From assembly GCF_009914755.1 (NCBI RefSeq), contig NC_060927.1: a DNA stretch of 64,000 bases. One strand, 5' to 3'. How positions within the stretch are numbered: the first letter of the stretch is position 1; the number at the start of each line of letters is the position of its first letter. Both the position numbers and the translations under genes were made by a program. The notes beneath the pieces were generated by a model. The model saw nothing but the letters and a program-made list of their open reading frames with translations. It had not been told where the DNA came from and did no database searches. This stretch comes from the human T2T-CHM13v2.0 reference genome, Homo sapiens. Positions 57,860 through 64,000 of the stretch are shown one piece after another.

Positions 57860-58085
57860 AAAATAGCATCTACTATTTTTCTAAGTGTCTGCTATGTTTT
57901 AAGGACTGTTCTAAGCGATAAAGTGATATCTTTATCTACCATCTAGCTATCTACCTATCTCCTCATTTTATTCTCTCAATAACTCCAGGAGGTGTGTACT
58001 ATTATTATCTCAGTTTTACTGAAGATAAAATAGAAGCATGGCACCATCACTCAATTGGTAAGTGATGGAACACTAACTCCAGAAT
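57860..58085 (-). mobile_element. MIR
   Basis: CTCATTTTATTCTCTCAATAACTCCAGGAGGTG...TACTATTATTATCTCAGTTTTACTGAAGATAAAATAGAAGC. Confidence 0.75.
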
Positions 58086-58723
58086 TTGTGTCCTGGATGT
58101 ACTGTCTTTGGTATATGATGAATAGTTAAATTTTGGAATTTCAACTACATGTTCAGAAACGAATGGCATTCAGAGGGAAAAAAAGTTATTGAATTCAAAT
58201 GAGAATCCAAGTGTTCAAAAAGAGGGGGATTAAAACAAAAAGTACAGCTTGAATAGTTAGAGAAGGTCAAGTGTGATATTTTGGATAGAGAAAGAAATGT
58301 TAACAAAGTCACAGAAGTGAGACATCCACAATTCCTGTAGTGGGACCTAGAGAGAAACAGGTGAAAAAAGTGTATTTGATTCAGGGCCTTGACGATAAGT
58401 TGAAATGCTGAGATGTAACAACTCAAATAATTGGGAAACATCACAGGTTCTAGTGAAGCAGTAAGATACTGAATTGAAACTACTAATCATTAGTAGTTAT
58501 TGGCAAGTAGGATTTCATACAACCCTATACTCTCTACAAGGCTCTGTTTGGGTATGCCTTTTAGGTTGTTTTAGGAGTTATCATTCATCAAAGTACCCTC
58601 CATGTCTAGCAAAATATCTGACAAATGGTAGGTGATTATAAGTGATTGTTGAATAAACGAACATATATGAAAAGAAAGTTGGGAGAAAAGTTAGGATAGA
58701 GCAGTATATAAAGGCAAGGAAAA

Positions 58724-59888
<1,165 letters not shown>

Positions 59889-60080
59889 CCAAAGACAGCC
59901 CAATCTCATCTGCATGATGTTAAGGGGGAAACTGGGGGCAGTAGTTATAGTTCGTGATTTTTGTTTTTAATTAGTAGCAAGAAAAGAGGTTTCTAAGTGA
60001 GCGATTGGATCAAAAATCCATTTAAAAGGCCAGAAGTCTCTTCATTTAACCAATTAATTCAAATGTCTTATATAAAATCA

Positions 60081-60390
<310 letters not shown>

Positions 60391-62367
60391 TTAGTAATAC
60401 AACATGCACTCTTATCTCTGATCATGGCAAAGTGTGTCATGTCTTTTAAGTTCCTTAGACAATCTACATCACATTAGTCGAAAGTTGGAGTTTAGTAATA
60501 GATTGTATGAGCCAGACATTAAGAAATTAAATCATTCATTTAAAGATTTCACAGTAAGTCACAGAGAGATGTAGCGGCTAGTGTGCTCCAGTTAGTCTCC
60601 ACACCAGGAGGAGAAAAGGGTTGGGCACAACCATCTCTGATGTCCTTCCAGTCTGACATTCTCTAAGTCTACACAGAGTATATCTCCTTACTGCCATTCA
60701 CTACTCAGTAAGCCTCTCACTTGTCCCAAGCCAACTGTCAGCCTGACCTTTACAAATGATCTTTAGTCATCTAATTAGCTCCAAGAGAGGTTTCTATTAT
60801 CCCATGGTTACAATTTTAACTAACTTAAAATTACAAGAAAAGTTAAATAACAGAGGTAATTAAACATAACGCAGCTAGCATTCAATGTAAACATCTAATT
60901 AACACCAATACCCACATGAAGGCAAAATTCATAAAAACAAAAATCAATACAATATATTATATTTGGATACTGTAACCAAGGCCTCTTTAAGTATTTTCTC
61001 TGAAAGTAGAAGTTTTTGGATGATAAAGCTAATTAAATGCTGTAAGAGTAGTGATCCATTTGACAGAGAGAATTAAAACTATGAGAGATTTCTAACAGAA
61101 ACATGAACTCCCAACCTCTATTCTATCAGGCTGACACTCTTTCCACAAGAAGCAGGAGTAGAGAATGAAAAAAATAAAAGAAGTGAAAGGCCCACTTCAA
61201 GAGCCTCAACATTTTACATTCTAAGCTAGTTATCGATGGCTTCCTTTAGTGAGGCAAAATAGTGTTGTATAGAATTGGGGGGGGGTGGGGATTACTGGGA
61301 GAAGTAGGGGAATAATGCAAACAGTAATTAGTAAACTGAATTCATGGATCATCAACCATTTTTCTTTAAACAGTGGTATTTATTTAATGCCACAGAAATA
61401 TACTTGTTTTACCAAAAAGTCAAATGCAAATTAAACTAAATTTACTATGCTTCCTTTCCTCTATAAAAAAGTTAACAGATTAAAAAATGAGATTTTCCTG
61501 CAATTTGGGTATACATATTCCCAGTTGAAAGCAGTGTTTTGTCAGCTGTGTTGGAGTGATTAGTTTCACTACGTCAGGCATCACCCCAGATTCCCCATTC
61601 AGTAGTATCTTGTATACAGATAGTTACATGATTTCTTTTTCTATTCCGTACCTTAAATCAGCACCATCAGCATTCATATTATATACGGAAATCTAATCAT
61701 ACTAGCCTATGTAACACTTAGAGGGGCTTTAGTCACCTAGCTAATACATCAAACACAAACATGAATGAATAATAAATTTTTTAAATATCACCAATTTTCC
61801 CAGTTAAATAAATATATGAAAAAGAACACTAGCTGGAGAGTGTGTACATGAGAAAGAAAAGGGATGTGTGTTAAATTCTGCATATCCCTCTGGATCGGCA
61901 CCTCTCTAAAGGTCAGCTCACTAGCCTCAGGTTTAATTCCCTTTCTTGCTGCTACTGTTCAGAGGTAAATGCTCGCTTTTTATTAAAAATCAAAAGCACA
62001 GGCGCTTGTAATCCTCTAGACTCAAAGTTTTTTTTTTTGTTTTTTTTTTTAATAAAAATGGAAAGTTTAGCTCAAAGCAATAGCAGCTAAAATTAGAGTG
62101 AAATCAGCAGCTGCTCCCCAGGGAAGATGGAAAACCAAACAATGGTCTGTTTTTCCCTTGACTACAATTTATGTTGTATTTTTTTCCTCCTTTAAATGTG
62201 GAAGACTTTCCAAACATTTGCATATGTTGGCAAAGCAATATATGTGTAAGCCCCCAACTCCTACTCCCATCAAAATGATGTCAGACATTAGTGTTTCAGG
62301 TAAATGTACAAGAAAACTGCTATTGCATTTTCAATGTTGCAGCCTTTGGAAATAATAACACTAATGA

Positions 62368-62682
62368 GGCAGGACGTGGTGGCTCACGCCTGTAATCTCA
62401 GCACTTTGGGAGGCCAAGGCGGGTGGATCACGAGGTCAGGAGTTCGAGACCAGCCTGGCCAACATGATGAAACCTCGTCTCTCCTAAAAATACAAAAATT
62501 AGCCAAGCATGGTGGCGCACACCTGTAGTCCTAGCTACTCAGGAGCCTGAGGCAGGAGAACTGCTTGAATCAAGGAGGCGTAGGTTGCAGCGAGCTGAGA
62601 TCATGCCACTGCACTGCAGCCTGGGTGACAGAGCGAGGCTCTGTCTCAGAAAATAATAATAGTAATAATAATAATAATAATA
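62368..62682 (+). mobile_element. Full-length Alu (AluS-type) with (AAT)n tail
   Basis: GGATCACGAGGTCAGGAGTTCGAG; tail AATAATAAT. Confidence 0.96.
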
Positions 62683-63325
62683 CCAGTTAAACTTCCCTCC
62701 ATTTCTCTCTTTGTACAATTATGTCATTACATGTAACAACCGCTGTGAGACAGAAGTATTGGATTCTCCTAGGGTGTTGTACCATATAGCTGATTGTGTT
62801 GCTCAGAAATCCTGGTCAGAATGAGTTAGGAACCAAATACTAAGACAAAGCTTAGATTTAGTAATTTATTCTCACTTTTACCTGCTTTTCTCTACCCTGT
62901 CTTCTGCTTCATTCATTCACTGTCCTCTCGACATATTTAAGGATGACTTAATTTTTCTCTCCCTCTCACCATTTATAGCCCAAACCCCACCTTCATTATA
63001 ATGGCAGCACTAGCACAGTGACCGGCACATCATAAGCAAGCAGTGAATGCAGTTTCATACTTGGGTAAATTTACTCGCAACATTTTATTCTTTACTTGCC
63101 TTCAGAGTATTTTCTTCCTCCCTTTAGGATCATTCTGAAATCATCTGGGCTGTGCATTTTTATTCCAACCTGCTTTGATGCAAAAGCTTCCTCCCCAAAC
63201 ATGTCCCTTACCCCTTTCAGTGGCCTCTTGGTGAGGGTATCTTCGCATAGAAAATATTAAAAGAAAATATCCTTCATTCTATTTATATGAGCCAGTTTAA
63301 TCACTGTGAGTATATAAAGAATAGT

Positions 63326-63640
63326 TGCCAGGCATGGGAGCTCATACCTCTAATCCCAACAATTTAGGAGGGGTGGTAGGATCACTTGAGCCTAGGAGTT
63401 CAAGATCAGCCTGGGCAACGTGGTAAAACCCTGTCTCTACCAAAAATTTGTCTTAAAAAATAGCTGGGTTTGTGGTGCATGCCTGTGGTCCCAGCTACTT
63501 GGGAGGCTAATGTGGGAGGATTGCTTTAGCCCAGGAAGTTGAGGCTTCAGTAAGTCATGATCTTACCACTGCACTCCAGCATGGCCAACAGAGTGAAGGT
63601 CTGCCTCAAAAAAACAAAAACAAAAACAAAAAGGAAAAAC
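63326..63640 (+). mobile_element. Alu, AluJ-type
   Basis: GGATCACTTGAGCCTAGGAGTTCAAG, GTGGGAGGATTGCTT; AGAATAGT flanks both ends. Confidence 0.93.
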
Positions 63641-63679
63641 AGAATAGTCATGAGAATAGTTATAATCATTACCGGATAT

Positions 63680-63900
63680 TCACCTCTGCTTAGTGCTTAC
63701 CATGTGCCAAGTAGCATATTAGGGGCTTTTCAGGCTCTTTCTCACTGAATCCACACAACATCTAGAAAGAAGTTACTATTATTCATGTTTTTTTTACGGC
63801 TGGGGAAACTGAATTGAGATGGATTAATTGTCCAAGATCATATAGCTAGCAAGTGATGAAACCTGGGTTCAAATTTAGGTACTTTACCTTTCACTCTTTC
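63680..63900 (-). mobile_element. MIR
   Basis: GTGCTTACCATGTGCCAAG...GGGAAACTGA...TGTCCAAGATCATATAGCTAGCAAGTG. Confidence 0.8.
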
Positions 63901-64000
63901 TATCAGTGCTAATGTTTTAGAGTGCCTCTCTGACACACAAACTCACACACTCATTCTTAGAACCATGAGATAAGAGAGAAAATAGCTTCTAGAACTGTCC

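Overview
AT-rich primate, human-like nuclear DNA of intronic or intergenic character. The primate call rests on 13 Alu copies (J, S and Y age classes) and a solo LTR12 (ERV9). There is also a background of old MIR, L2, L1 3' ends, MLT1/MER21 LTR relics and hAT MITEs (MER1B, MER3, MER5A, MER94). I recognise no protein-coding gene, RNA gene or CRISPR array; almost all ORFs in the track are Alu/LINE-derived or chance. The most unusual structure is a gap-free 143-bp inverted repeat (13496-13638 / 13887-14029, 12 mismatches) not explained by any repeat I recognise. Other points of interest are a direct-inverted-direct triplication around a microsatellite (15.8-16.2 kb), two CpG-enriched non-Alu patches with open frames (7.5-7.9 kb and 45.9-46.3 kb), several minus-strand splice signals that may outline a spliced transcript, and a D-box motif cluster. 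Repeat family names and boundaries were assigned by eye from memory of consensus sequences and need RepeatMasker confirmation.
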